Positions 45,003-60,212 of a DNA stretch of 64,000 bases are shown piece after piece. The DNA lies in NCBI GenBank assembly GCA_964016885.1, contig OZ024753.1, positions 7,130,001 to 7,194,000 of the forward strand, read 5' to 3'. The DNA comes from Eledone cirrhosa (lineage: Eukaryota). The position numbers were made by a program, and so were the translations under genes. The notes beneath the pieces were generated by a model. That model saw only the letters and a program-made list of their open reading frames with translations. It did no database searches and had not been told where the DNA came from. Position 1 is the stretch's first letter; every line of letters begins with the position of its first letter.

Positions 45003-45407
45003 CAGGGGTGTGCAACATATTCCATTGGCGGGGCACTTCAACATTGGAACAACTATTAGGGTCATTAATAATTATTAAGCACTATTCCAAATATTCACCA
45101 CAACTTCTTTCCATAACATGGAACTGGGAAATTATAACACACATAACCCTATCAGTGAAGCCCTTTAGTATATGTCAAAACCATAACTTCTTTCCATAAC
45201 ATGGAACTGGGAAATTATAACACGAGTAACCCTATCAGTGAAACCCTTTAGTAATAGGTCAACTAACAGAAAATTGCATTACGGTTACGAAAAGAATTCT
45301 AAATAAGCCTACAAGGTAAAAATTTAAAAAAACATTCATCGCGGGCCACTCTGACTGGTCACGACGGGTCAGATTGTGGCCCGCGGGCCGCCTGTTACAT
45401 GCCCCTG
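45003..45407. mobile_element. hAT MITE family M2 with an internal ~80-bp tandem duplication
   Basis: TIRs cagggg../..cccctg; perfect 8-bp TSD ccttaaat. Confidence 0.9.
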
Positions 45408-46240
45408 CCTTAAATGATAAGGCTTGATTATACATATTAGGCAAAGAACACGGGAATTACTGTATGGTCGAATATAAACTTCCGACCCATCAGTGTGCAT
45501 TCTGGCAACATAACAACATATCTAACATACATTTCTACGTACAGTTAATTACTGGCGTTCACCAGATGTAATTGAATTGGAAGAGAGAATTGCTGTAAAT
45601 CAGATTTAAGAATCTCTGGAAAGAATTCCTTTTTTATCTCTTCTCACCTGCAGGTATTTACAGGTAAACAAATGATGCACTGGAAAATCTACACATAATT
45701 CAAAACGAAATTCTTAATTATCGCTTTGTTTACGATATATTTCCACATGTAAAACATGAATGCATTAGAACAGTAGAGGAGGCTACAACAACGACATATA
45801 ACTAGTGTTGAAGAGATATAACAAGAGTAGCATAACAATAGACAACACCACCACCACCACCAACAACAGCAATAACAATTACATCAACATTATTAACATT
45901 AATAATGACAACAGCGTCATCGGGAAGAAACTGTACGGTGAAAGCAACATCAACAAAGACAGAAGCAACATAGAACAAAGGCGCCAACAACAACAACATC
46001 AAAGACACACAACAACAACAACAACAACAATACAAAGGCGCCAACAACAACATCAAATACACACAACAACAACAACAACAACAACAATACAAAGGCGCCA
46101 ACAACAACATCAAAGACAACAGCAAAAACATTACGAAGACAACAGCAACAACAACATCACAAAGACAACAGCAACAATATCAGAGGATTGCAAGCATCAT
46201 GACGTGGACGTCGTGGACGACGACGACGACGACCACCACC

Positions 46241-46270
<30 letters not shown>

Positions 46271-46271
<1 letters not shown>

Positions 46272-46392
46272 GGCAGTATCGGTGGAGGGTCGGACGCCAT
46301 GCTTTCCAGCATAGTTACGTCCCTTTACAGTCTGAGTTCAAATCCCGTCCAGGTTAACTTTGCCTTCCATCCTTACGGGATCGATAAAATAA
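46271..46392 (+). mobile_element. SINE S1, 3'-truncated
   Basis: Head and core. Confidence 0.85.
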
Positions 46393-46621
46393 ATATATTT
46401 GTATATATATTTTGTTGATTTTTTTTCGGAATGTTTTGACTGCTGTTTCTTGTAAACAGTCACTCGTCTTATTCTGACGTCACTAGCCCTGTTCTCCATG
46501 TGTGTTTATTATCTTAATTCCACACGAGGTGTAACTAGCCTGCGTTTAAATTCCCTTTTGGCATATTTTAGCTGTGATTGTTATTATTAAATAAAGAAAA
46601 CATTGTTAGTTATCGTGTTGA

Positions 46622-46702
46622 GTTCTACTGATGAACGACTCCAACCGTGACTAACCCCACTGAAAAGTTTCGTGAAATAGTCTTTTAAAAACTATATAGA
46701 GC
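46622..46702 (+). ncRNA. Type I hammerhead within a ~1-kb PLE-like island (46400-47445)
   Basis: gttcta-CTGATGA-acga..tcgt-GAAA-tagtcttttaaaaact-ATA-tagagc; the downstream 46740-46890 has a reverse homologue at 60640-60800. Confidence 0.85.
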
Positions 46703-47490
46703 ATTTGTAGATTTTTCCAAATTGAAGGATAAGTATTTACCTTTAATTTTATTCTGAGTTAAGACTCTATTGGTTTTTTCCCTGAATTAAACAAAATCTG
46801 TGGATAAAATTGACTTTTTTTGAATTGAGATTGAATTATTTTCACGTTAAATATATTCCATCTTGACGTAATAGTCATTTATATGTATGATTAATTTTCT
46901 TGATTTTTTAGTTGATTCTATTGACTGATGAATAGCTTATGTTAACTTTAACACCTCTGTTGAGAACTATATTCGATTTGTGATGTTTTGTATTCTTGCA
47001 ATAATATACATAACTGAATTCATTCGCCTGATATAGGGGTTGCCTCCCTTGCCGATCCCCACGTGGGCTCAGCAATAGTCAGTCCTTGTATTAAAATTGA
47101 AAGGGGCTTCCTTGTTCAATCATCTTACCAGAAGCCTAACATTATTTATGTAAGCGGACAGTACGTGATTTAGGAGTCGCAGAAACCTAAATGCTGGATT
47201 TTACCAACCTTCCAGGGGTCCGGGTAAATTTTTCAATCACATATACTTTTATTTGTTTGACCCGAATGACTTGATCGTTTTTTTTTTGCTATGCGGATGA
47301 TTGTTTAACCATCGTCTCAGTGTGTTTGGCCTTTAACGTTTGTTATAGCTCTGGTTCATCTGAATCATTGAGCACTAGCCTCACATCTCGGAGGTTGTTT
47401 TTCGTTATTTCGTGGGCCGAAGTACGATTCTCGATAATTTATTTGTATTTATATATATATATATATATATAATTAAATCATAATATATAC

Positions 47491-47882
<392 letters not shown>

Positions 47883-47976
47883 TACATATAAACATATATA
47901 TAAATGCATATATATTATAAAATATAATACAATATACATATAATATAACATATTAAAGAAAAACAAACATTCTTTT

Positions 47977-48020
<44 letters not shown>

Positions 48021-48027
48021 TATATTA

Positions 48028-48058
<31 letters not shown>

Positions 48059-48619
48059 TACACATATATATATATACACACATATGCTTATGTTATCTAA
48101 TGTATAAATATATATATACATATATATACACAGACACACACAACACAAACACAAACAGACACACACACGCACGCACATATATATATATATACATATATAC
48201 ATACACATACATATATATATATACATATACACATACACACACATATATATATATATATACATACATACACTTGATTTTATTTTGTTTTTGTTTATGCAAT
48301 ATTTCCGAATTCATAATCTATTGTTAAATAACACTTTCTTCAACTTCACAAAGAAACACCATTCGGCGCGCAGCCGCCATTATTCACTCTTTGTTTACCG
48401 ATGTTGCTCGCTTTCGGTAAATCTGTTTGAATGTATTGTATGTTTGGCTGATATTGTCTTGTATTTTGGCTGATATTGTCTTGTATTTTCTAAAATTGTG
48501 TACAGTAGCAAATGTGAGTACAAAACAGGGTAGGAAAACAATACAAACACAAAAACACCAACCAACACAACACCATGTACTAAGCTGTTCTACAGCATAT
48601 TATTGTATTGTGTTGTGTT

Positions 48620-49040
48620 GTGTTGTTGATGTTGATGATGGTGATGGTGGTTGTGGTGGTGGTGGTGGTGGTGTTGATGATGATGGTCGTGGTGATGGTG
48701 GTGATGGTGATGGTGGTGGTGGTGGTGTTGATGGTGGTGATAGTGATGTTGGTGATGGTGGTGGTGATGATGATGATGGTGGTGGTGATGGTGGTGATGA
48801 TGGTGGTGGTGATGGTGGTGGTGATGACGATGACGATGACGATGATGATGATGATTGATGATGACGATGGTGATAATGATAATGGTGATGATGATGATGA
48901 TGGTGGTGGAGGTGATGAAAATGATGATGATGATGAAGATGATGATGACGATGATGGTGATAAGGATGATGACAGTGATGATGATGATGATGATTATGGC
49001 GATGACAGAGATGATGATGATGATGATGATGATTATGATG
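48620..49040. repeat. (GGT/GAT)n microsatellite
   Basis: Direct inspection. Confidence 0.95.
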
Positions 49041-49746
49041 TTACGGTTTACAAGTGCCTAGGTTATTCCGTCCTCGCTTAGAGGTTTCCTCCCATAGCAG
49101 GTTTGGTAGGTGGCATGAAGAAGGATTTGAACTCAGAACGCACCAACCAAACCTGAACAGATATTACAAGACAACTTGAGCGATACCATAAGAGGTTTCG
49201 GAAATCAGTCAGCCGAAGAGTGGTCTTTGATTTATTGACCCTCGGAAGGATGAAGATCAGAGATGACTTGGGTTACATTTGAAATCAAATTGCAGGAAAA
49301 TGAATAAACACCGCAACAAATTCTTGATATAACTTCCTCTACACCTGACTAGATTTCTTAATATATTTGTATAAAGAGTTCGTGAAACGATGTTCTTATC
49401 AATATTCATTTGAAAGCTTAAATATTATTGAAAAAAAAAATAGCCTGGAGCTCTTTTGGTACTTACAAGAATCGGCTGAAAACTTCATAGTCTTGAAAGT
49501 TCATAGGTTGACCAAGATACGCTCATGGAATGACCAAATGAGGTCTATTTTTCAATATAGTCTCTGAAAATGAACAATGCATTTATTAATAAGAGTTATC
49601 ACAGTTCAACCATCAAGCAAGATATCACAGTTCAACTATCAATCCTTCATAGTCAGCCCGTGGTCAATTCAGCTGACCCTCACAATTTATTACCTACCTC
49701 TTGTGCTATGAATTCTGTTATATATATAAGATTCTGTTATATATAT

Positions 49747-49935
49747 AATTGTTTCTACTTTTGGCACAAGGCCAGCAATTATCCCAGTCTATTACTGGTA
49801 CTTTATTTTATCGACCCTGTAAGGGTAAAAGGCAAAGTTAACCTCGGCGGGATTTGAACTCAGAACATAAAGGGAGGTAACTCTATGCTTCACAGCATGG
49901 CGTCCGACCCTCTACCGATACTGCCAATCCATCGC
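49747..49935 (-). mobile_element. SINE S1 (short form)
   Basis: Full length. Confidence 0.9.
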
Positions 49936-50105
49936 ATATAATACTCTGCAGTAATGTATGGGAAATACAGCGTGAGTCATAACTAACAGGACAGAACTAT
50001 TTAAAATATAATTGTTGGACTGTCGACTTACGTATGACTCAAACTGTATCGGCAAAATTGGGAAAGACAATTCACTGGCGACCATATTATTTCTATCATA
50101 TATGC

Positions 50106-50440
50106 GAACCTTTAAGACTAAGTCTTACTTTATAAAGAAGACCTTTGATAAAATATCTTGGAACTTTAATACTAGGTTTTACTTTATAAAGAAGACCTTT
50201 GATAAAATATCTTGGAACTTTAATACTAGGTTTTTAACTTATAAAGAAGGGCTTTGAGAAAACATCTTGGATCTTTAATACTAGGTCTTAACTTATAAAG
50301 AAGACCTATGATAAAATATCTTGGATCTTTAAGACTAGGTCTTAACTTATAAAGAAGACCTTTGATAACACATCTTTGAACCTTTAAGTCTAGGACTTAC
50401 TTTATAAAGAAGACCTTTTTATAAAATTTCTTCGAACCAT
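50106..50440. repeat. 54-55-bp minisatellite, 6 copies
   Basis: ataaagaag at 50132, 50186, 50241, 50295, 50349, 50404. Confidence 0.95.
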
Positions 50441-50994
50441 GACTCTATGGTGCAAAGCATGTTGTCCGACGCTCTGCCGGTACTGCCATATATATAATAT
50501 ATTTATTCGAAGAGAATTTCGATCTGTTAGTGTCAATCAAGGAATCCTCCTGAAATCGTAGACAAACGATATTCAATTTATGACAGTCAACATACTTAAT
50601 AAGAATCTAGTTTAACGTATTCATGTTACCACTCACACAGTCATAACATAACATACACACACAGATATACATATTTTCGCATGTGGTCACATGTAGTGAC
50701 CGTACAGTGGCCATGCTGGAGCGTCTATTACAATTGCTTGTAATTAATCATATCGACATCAGTTCTAATTTGATAGATTTCTATTTGACAAATTGCTAGC
50801 TTACAGATCGGGTCATTAACAATCACGGACCATTCATACAGTGCACACACACACACACACACACACATACATATGTATATACACATATATATATATAGTT
50901 ACATATGAACAAACACACACGCGCACACACCCATACATAGAGATGGATAGATATAGCATTGTTTGTGTCAATCAAATTCCAATATATATATATA

Positions 50995-51079
<85 letters not shown>

Positions 51080-51081
<2 letters not shown>

Positions 51082-51481
51082 AAAGTTCTATTTAAATTGT
51101 TGGGATACAACAAGCAAATATTTTTATAACTGATATAAAGCACTCGACAAGTATTTGGAGTAAATATACGATATTAACAAATGGAAACTATATTTATAAA
51201 ACCATATTTATTTTATTATACATATTTCAAGGATACCATGTTAAATTATGGTATGCTTTCATCAGACAAAATACAATATATACCAGTTTTATAAATAAAC
51301 ATTGACGTACCCTTTCAAAATCCAACCGTTAGTTTTGGAAGACATCAATGTTTATTTATAAAACTGGTATATATTGTATTTTGTCTGATGAAAGCATACC
51401 ATAATTTAACATGGTATCCTTGAAATATGTATAATAAAATAAATATGGTTTTATAAATATAGTTTCCATTTGTTAATATCG

Positions 51482-51484
<3 letters not shown>
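51080..51484. mobile_element. Fold-back family J: palindrome 51164-51484 plus ~85-nt tail, with two intact divergent hammerheads (51207-51272 -, 51378-51440 +)
   Basis: attttgt-CTGATGA-aagcatacca..tggtatcctt-GAAA-tatgt-ATA-ataaaat is identical in both arms; (TA)n flanks. Confidence 0.88.
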
Positions 51485-51512
<28 letters not shown>

Positions 51513-51567
51513 GTGTATCCTTAATAAGATGAATATTAAAACTCTATTTTGTATGTCTCTCTCTCGT

Positions 51568-51599
<32 letters not shown>

Positions 51600-51600
51600 A

Positions 51601-51825
51601 TATATTAACAAATGGAAACTATATTTATAAAACCATATTTATTTCATTATACATATTTCAAGGGCCACCAAGGCAAACTATGGTGCGCTTTTATCAGATA
51701 AAATATAATATAGGTTAGTTTTATAAATAAATATTGACATACCCTGAACAAATGCAACCATTCTGGTTGGAATCTCCTTGATATTTTGCTTGTTGTATCC
51801 CAACAAATTAAATATAACCTCTACC
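51601..51825. mobile_element. Diverged family J deleted inverted form
   Basis: Short arm with HHR (CTGATAA, minus strand) joined to the opposite-orientation tail atattttgcttgttgtatcccaacaa. Confidence 0.8.
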
Positions 51826-52114
51826 TATATATATATATATATATTATATGCGTTAATTTGTATATATATATATATATATATATATTTATCTTATGTGGTA
51901 GTTTGTATGCATATGTATGTATTTAAGTTCCACTACGACATGATGATGCTGAAGACGTTGTTGAAGAGTTTGTTAAGAGTTGGGTGTAACTGGTTAGATG
52001 GATCATAACACAGAAATAGTATCTTAGCGGGTGACAGCAGAGCGGAGGATATAGTTGGAAGAGTACAGTCACGCGATTCTCACAATGTCATCCGAAGAAA
52101 TATGAGCCTTCTTA

Positions 52115-52286
52115 CCGTATTTCCCGTCGTCGAAGTCGCTACTTTTCCCCTAAAATAAGTCTCAAAAATTTACCATACATCCTGGAGGCCGAAGGTTGTT
52201 TACTATTCTTTTTTTTTCAAATTTTTGGTCGTCAAAATTAGGGTGCGTCCTCGAGAACGAAGCGTCTTCGGCACCGGGAAATACGG
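52115..52286. mobile_element. Tc1/pogo MITE family M3, complete
   Basis: TA-ccgtatttcccg ... cgggaaatacgg-TA. Confidence 0.88.
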
Positions 52287-52449
52287 TAGCTAACCTATAC
52301 TAACTGTGTCTCTATTGAGACATCATATTACGTTAGTGTATATTATTGTAGTTCTAAACCTCCATTTTTATATGATTATTCTCCCTTTAAACTAATTCAT
52401 TAAACGTGTTAGTTTAAATCGCTATTATCATATGTTTCATTTTTCTGTC

Positions 52450-52765
<316 letters not shown>

Positions 52766-52926
52766 CATAAATATATATAAATATACATATATATAATTAC
52801 TTACAAACAGTTCCGGCTGCCGAGGCCGCGATTTGATCTCCCGACACATAGAACGGCCAACCCATACATAAGTAGGCGATGAGGTCATACACACACACAT
52901 ATATGTATGTTATGTATTTATGTATG

Positions 52927-52972
<46 letters not shown>

Positions 52973-52974
52973 AT

Positions 52975-53456
52975 GACAGGACTAAAAACAAAACCTGTCA
53001 AAGGGCAAAGGAGCTCTTAAGAGTCAACGGCCATCCCAAACCACCGGGAGAAATGACCCCTTAGCCTTTGTCAAGGCAGAATTCTAGGAGAAGGAAAACT
53101 CTGATATAACACCTGCAACTCTGATGGTATCCAATGATGTTGACTTGTTCTTCTTTTTGGTAAATATCATCTTGGTTAAGAGAGTGGGACTGGCTTTGTG
53201 CAGTGCCTTTGCTCACTATAAAATTTTCACGGCACAGGCATTGCTTTATATCTGGAGATCTCTCTGCACTTGTCATCACATGGTACCATGGGCCCAGCAC
53301 TATGTGTCAATAATTGTCACAAGTGTAGTGTTTGTACCAGAGTTTTCAAGTCGCTGGCTGGACTAAAAAGTCACACTCGTTCAGCGCATCGGTAGGGGTT
53401 CTCCTACATGGATATAAAGTAGTGGCCGTACTCGAAAACGAATTGGCAACAACCAT
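52975..53456 (+). mobile_element. RTE-related non-autonomous element
   Basis: Links the head at 6713-6770 with the body at 13171-13580. Confidence 0.65.
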
Positions 53457-53465
53457 ATATATATA

Positions 53466-53508
<43 letters not shown>

Positions 53509-53520
53509 CATTATATATAT

Positions 53521-53585
53521 AGCCTGTCCGGAAATAGCAGTCGAAACGACAAGAGCTAAGCCGTCGGGTCCAGACGCTTTATAAT
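53521..53585 (+). mobile_element. Distant family A relative (hammerhead 3' half)
   Basis: gtccggaaatagcagtc-GAAA-cgacaagagctaagcc-GTC-gggtc. Confidence 0.65.
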
Positions 53586-53637
53586 ATAATATACACACGC
53601 ACATTATATATATATATATATATATAACGTTTTATTT

Positions 53638-53722
53638 GGCAATGGTCGACTGGTATTTCTATTCATTGAAATAGATGGTACATATGACAGACAGGAAACC
53701 ATAACGGATCTGGTATTGTTTA
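53638..53722 (+). ncRNA. Degenerate hammerhead in a TA-flanked island
   Basis: ggcaa-tggtcga-ctg..cag-GAAA-cca..tg-GTA-ttgtt; 5' core is mutated. Confidence 0.45.
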
Positions 53723-54024
53723 TTGGTCGCTGTAAATATCCATAATTCGCCTTTGTCGTCTCTATTTGATTTTCATCGTTGCCGCGATGACTTTCATAAT
53801 TACTCAAAGATATAGCAATTATTTTCGAAATATTACCAACGAACACATCCTGGGAATATATATATATATGTTATATGATAGACGTAAACAAACAAATCAC
53901 ATAAACGCCATTTTGTATGTGTATGCATGCGTCCGTTTATGTACACGCCGGAGGGTGTATAAGAGTGTTGATGGGCGGCTGTGTTCGTTTATTGTTTATA
54001 TATACATGTGTGAGCGTGCGTGTC

Positions 54025-54180
<156 letters not shown>

Positions 54181-54303
54181 CATAAATATATATATATATA
54201 TATACATACATAAATAAATATATAGATATATATATATACATACATAAATATATATATATATATATATATATACATAAATATATATATATACATACATAAA
54301 TAA

Positions 54304-54384
<81 letters not shown>

Positions 54385-54389
54385 CATAA

Positions 54390-54428
<39 letters not shown>

Positions 54429-54485
54429 AATACATACATACATATATGTATATTTATATATATGCATATATATATGCATAGATAT

Positions 54486-54566
<81 letters not shown>

Positions 54567-54639
54567 TATATATTATATATATATATGTGTGTATGTGTGT
54601 GTGTATGAGTGTGTGTATATACTCTTTTTACTCTTTTAC

Positions 54640-54713
<74 letters not shown>

Positions 54714-54770
54714 AATATATACATATATATATGTATATTATATATATCCAAATATATACATATATATATG

Positions 54771-54818
<48 letters not shown>

Positions 54819-54850
54819 TATATATATCCAAATATATACATATATATATG

Positions 54851-54919
<69 letters not shown>

Positions 54920-55429
54920 CATATACATATATATGTATGTATGTAAATGGTGGGGGTTTCAAAAGTTTAGTGTTTTAATAGTAACCTGTAGGCTTACAAA
55001 TCGTTGCTGAAGGAACTCATTTGTATGAAGGAAAACTTTCACATCATTAATTCCTTTGCTGATTATCAGTACCACAGAGCACAATGCTGCTGTGGCTTTG
55101 TTAATCAATTCAACAATGATTCCTATTGTGCTAAACAAACAGTATTTCACATATTTGTCTACCTCTCTTCAGTTCAACAACTTATAGAACAAATAGTGTT
55201 GGTGATTTCATGTCGTTAAGTAAAGCGAAAACACAGTTTCTATTCAACAACTTTGAAGAACAGTTCTCAACACATAATTATGCATATAAATATGAAATCA
55301 AAATAAAAAAGAGACCTGCAAAAAGCATAAACAGTTTTGGAAACATAGTTATGCATATAACTATGAAATCAGAATGTTAACCCTAACCCTAACCCTACAA
55401 AAAGGATAAACAGGTTTTGAAACATATCT

Positions 55430-55670
55430 ATCTAGGGTGGGTAAAATTCCCGAGATGGTTCTTTTCAGTGGCTCATAATACCCTACCGGTGCCACTCGAA
55501 TAAGGTAATTATTTAATCCATAAATGGGGCCCTGGCAGGTACTACTGCTCCGGGCCAGTGCAGGCCTGGGAGTGAAAACAACTATGTGGTAACTCCACAT
55601 TCCCCACAGCTCCTGAACGCCCTAACGGGAGCCTTGCGACTGGATGTAGTTTATTGTCATACGCAGGACA
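55430..55670 (-). mobile_element. SINE-like fragment interrupting a degenerate ~70-bp tandem repeat (55250-55800)
   Basis: caggtactactgctccgggccag..ctccacattcccc..tgtcatacgcaggaca is recalled from mollusc SINEs; ttatgcatataactatgaaatca units on both sides. Confidence 0.5.
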
Positions 55671-56483
55671 TTTCGAAACAAAGTTATGCATATAACTATG
55701 AAATCAAAATAGAGAGGAGCCCTACAAAAAGCATAAACAGTTTTCGAAACATAATGATGCATATAACTATAAAATCAGAATTAAAAAGCATTCCACAAAA
55801 ATCATAAATTAGTGACACTCTACCGAGTTCCCCAATCTACTGTGCTCTTCATGGAAACGGTCAAACTCACTGTAAATTAGAAGTATGCACTGATTTATGG
55901 TAGGTAATTTATTGATCATTGGAGACGAGAGATAAAACCAACCATATTATTAGACCAGCGCATCTCCCTTACAATCCTCCGGGGAAACGCCTTCTCCATT
56001 CTGTCCCCCGGGGCTATGGGGCGGCCAGCACGTTGGACCCCATGTGCTCACTATATAGAGAGATGGGGGAGGACGGTGGGAGTTCAGCTCTTCCGTGTTC
56101 GGACACATTGCACCTGTTAAGAGTGTATTTTGATGTACTTATAGTTTTTGTGAATCCTGCCATTGTAACTATGAAGTACTTGATAAGACCACGATACCAA
56201 AGATTCTCCATTTCCAAACGAAATCGTTACGAGTTATATTAAATGTCTTCTTTGAACAGTCACATATCAGTTTATCTGGAAAATATAATGCAGTTATAAA
56301 TAGGAAGAGTTGTGAAATTTCACAGCTCTAGCATAATTCCTTCGTAGTCAAACTAGGAACGTTTCAGTCAACAAACTTTGAAGGCCGTAATGAGCTGGGA
56401 AGAAGCACTGCAATGCATTTTGATGGAGGGTCAGCAGATTTTAACAGGTTTATATTTCCCTAAACCATCGTCTTCTATATATA

Positions 56484-56673
56484 ATTGTTTCTATTATTGG
56501 CACAAGGCCAGCAATTACCCAGTGCATTACTGGTACTTTATTTTATCGACCCCCGTAAGGATGAAAGGCAAAGTTAACTTCGGCGGGATTTGAACTCAGA
56601 ATGTCAAGGGCCGTAACTCTATGCGTCAAAGCATGGCGTCCGACCATCTACGGATACTGTCAATTCACCGCCC
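56484..56673 (-). mobile_element. SINE S1 (short form)
   Basis: Full length. Confidence 0.9.
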
Positions 56674-56868
56674 TTCTATGATAATGACAACGATAACAGG
56701 CCAATCCGTCTCTGCAATATATATACCTATCTATATAAAGACCAGACTCTCCCTGCGCTTCATACTGGCAAAGCAAATGTAGAAAATATTTGCTGAGTAT
56801 ATATTGTTATGTAAGATCACCAAAACTACTAGAAGGCCTTCTGGTGACTATATCATTATATTACGCGT

Positions 56869-57012
<144 letters not shown>

Positions 57013-57112
57013 TATTATCATATATATATATATATATGTATATGTATATGTATATGTATATATATATATAATATAATTAGAATTTAGCTTCGAACAGAGC
57101 TGAATACAGATA

Positions 57113-57426
57113 TGTATTTGAATTTCGTATTTCTACAGAAATACGGTATGTTTATAAATGAATATATGCGGCTGAGAATAATCACCTCATTTACACACGC
57201 CAAAAAAACATATTTTCGCCCCTTTTCAAAGACTGGCAGTTTCAAGTGCGGGAGGCATCGTCCTGACGAGGACCAGTTGAATTCGAAATGCATCGTCAAT
57301 TGTCCCCCTTTCTTCTACCGGACACCGCTGGGTAACGTTAGATGCCAGTGTCATTCAAAGCTATGGTTTTATAAATGTTTATTTATAAACATATCGTATT
57401 TTTTTAGAAATACGAAATTCAAATAC
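57113..57426. mobile_element. Element with ~52-bp inverted arms and an internal hammerhead (57257-57300 +)
   Basis: gtatttgaatttcgtattt../..aaatacgaaattcaaatac; CTGACGA-gga..ttc-GAAA-tgc-ATC; extra tail at 57075-57112. Confidence 0.75.
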
Positions 57427-57428
57427 AT

Positions 57429-57496
<68 letters not shown>

Positions 57497-58346
57497 GGAT
57501 ATATACATATGGATATTGACAGCTAGATAGATAGATAGATAGATACATAGATAGATGGATGGATCGATACATAGACAGATCGATTTATTGATTGATTGAG
57601 AGTGATTAAAATAAATAAAGTAGAAAACCTGAAGCTAGAAATTGACATACATATATAGCCATAGAAGCAGATGTTTTCATAGATAACACACAAACCATTT
57701 GCACTTTATTTTCCTACCATCTTCCTACAACATAGCGCTGGAATCTTCCACTACTTCACGTTGTAAGGAGAGATAAGAGAAGGAATCGTTGGAAAGGTTT
57801 GGTCGTAATTTTCTCATACTTGACGCGACCTTAACCTCTCTCTACTGTACTTTGAACAACAGTGTTCTATATTCGGTAGAGATCTATAACAATAGAAGAG
57901 ATACATCTGCCGGAAATTGGATATTTTGTTTTATTATAAGTTAGTCTATGACCGAATGAGTATGTAGCCAAGTGATCTTGGTTGACCGATATAATATAAT
58001 TAACGAATAGATTAACATATTTAAAGACGTTGCAGAATATATGCTTGAACGTTTGAGATGAGATTAGTACATTAGGTAACAGGGATGGAAAGAAGGAGAA
58101 TGGGAAATGTTGAACTAAATGCACTCTGCTATTCTTTACCTTCTATTATATATTTTACTTTCAAACATTACCAGTGCACTCGTTCTACTTTGAAGGGGGT
58201 TTTTTTTTGTCTATACAGTGTAAAGTAACGATGGAGGAGAGAGGTACTGGGACCAATTAAATACAATGTACACGATTGCCAAACAGAAAGGTTTACTGCC
58301 AAACAGAAAATTCATTATTAGTGCTAAAGAAAGAAGGACAGAGGAA

Positions 58347-59163
58347 TGGTAGTATCGCTACAGAGTCGGATACCGTGCTTTGCAGCATAGAGTTACGGTC
58401 CTTTACGGTCTGAGTTCAGATCTTGCCGAGGTTAACTTTGCCTTTCATCCTTCCAGGATCGATAAAATAAAGTACCAGTCACGCACTAGGGTCGATTTAA
58501 TTTGACTTTCCCCTCCCACAAAATTGTTGGTCTTGTGCCTATATAAGAAACCATTATTATATAACACAGGGCGGTGGATTGGCAGTATAGGTAGAGGGTC
58601 GGACGCCATGCTTTCCAGCATAGTTACGTCCCTTTACGATCTGAGTTCAAATCCCGCCGAGGTTGACTTTGCCTTTCATCCTTACGGGTCGATAAAATAA
58701 AGTACCAGTAATGCACTGGGTGATTTGCTGGCCTTGTGCCAAAAAGTAGAAACAATTATTATATATGGCAGTATCGGTTGAGGGTCGGATGCCATGCTTT
58801 GCAGCATAGAGTTACGGTCCTTTACGGTCTGAGTTCAAATCCCGCCGAGATATATATTTGCCTTTCGCCCTTCCAGGGTCGACAAAATAAAGTACCAGTC
58901 ACGCACTGGGGTCGATTTAATCGAGTTTCCCCTCCCATAAAACTGTTGGCTTGTGCCTATATAAGAAGCCATTATATGTGGATTGGCAGTATCGGTAGAG
59001 GGTCGGACGCCATGCTTTCCAGCATATAGTTACGTCCCTTTACGATCTGAGTTCAAATCCTGCCGAGGTTGACTTTGCCTTTCATCCTTACGGGGTCGAT
59101 AAAATAAAGTACCAGTAATGCACTGGATAATTGCTGGCCTTGTGCCTAAAGTAGAAACGATTA
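58347..59163 (+). mobile_element. Four head-to-tail SINE S1 copies (long-short-long-short)
   Basis: 58347-58560, 58569-58761, 58767-58975, 58978-59163. Confidence 0.92.
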
Positions 59164-60059
59164 TATATTTTACTTTCAAATATTATTAATGCACTCATTC
59201 TATTTGATGGGGGGTTTTTTTCAGTGTATAGTAATGATGGAGCAGAGATGAGCTGGGATCAATTAAATACAATGTACATGATTGCCAAACAGAAAGGTCT
59301 ACTGCCAAACAGAAAATTCATTATTAGTGCTAAAGAAGAAAAGTTATTTGATGATAAAATCACTAGACGATATATTAGTCATGTTTAATTTACTGAAATT
59401 ACAATATAACTTCTATAGACAATATACTTTCATTGGAATTCAGGCAACATCAACTAGGTAAAGCAATAGTCATTATCAACAATCTACACGACAGGTTCAA
59501 TCTGTCCGAACACTGAAGAGCCGAACTATCGCCTCCATCTCTCTCGCCCTCCACAACTCTCTGCATTGTACCCATATTAGTTATTCCCTCTCGCCCTCCC
59601 CATCTCTCTGTATTGTCAGCAAATGGGGTCCAACACGCTGGCGGCCCCACAGCCTCGGCGAACAGAATAGAGAAGGTGTTTGCCAGAATAAAATGACATC
59701 TTGTGCAGATGTGGTAAATTGGATTTCATATTTCAAATCATATTGACAACTAGTTTCACTTTCATACGTTCTAGAACCCTTAAAAGAAGAACTGGGGATC
59801 ATTGCACCTATATAAGAAATCCTGACGAGTATTCCTGATCCAGGAATGTTTAATGAAAATATAGCGATGATTCGTTCTCAACAGTTTGTTCGTTTTGCCA
59901 TGGATTCCCAGTTCAAATTCCGCATAAGCACTTACACAAACTGACATACATACACGCATTTATATATGCTATATATATGTACATATATATATATATGAAC
60001 ATATATATACATATACATATATATACATATATATGTACATATATATACATATATATATA

Positions 60060-60119
<60 letters not shown>

Positions 60120-60131
60120 TATATATATATG

Positions 60132-60204
<73 letters not shown>

Positions 60205-60212
60205 ATGTATAT

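Noticed and set aside
55379-55397. (CCCTAA)3 as telomere or telomere-targeted element
   Set aside because: Only three units, inside a degenerate tandem repeat
59817-59873. Hammerhead (CTGACGA plus hairpin plus GAAA)
   Set aside because: GAAA is not adjacent to stem II and there is no stem III or NUH
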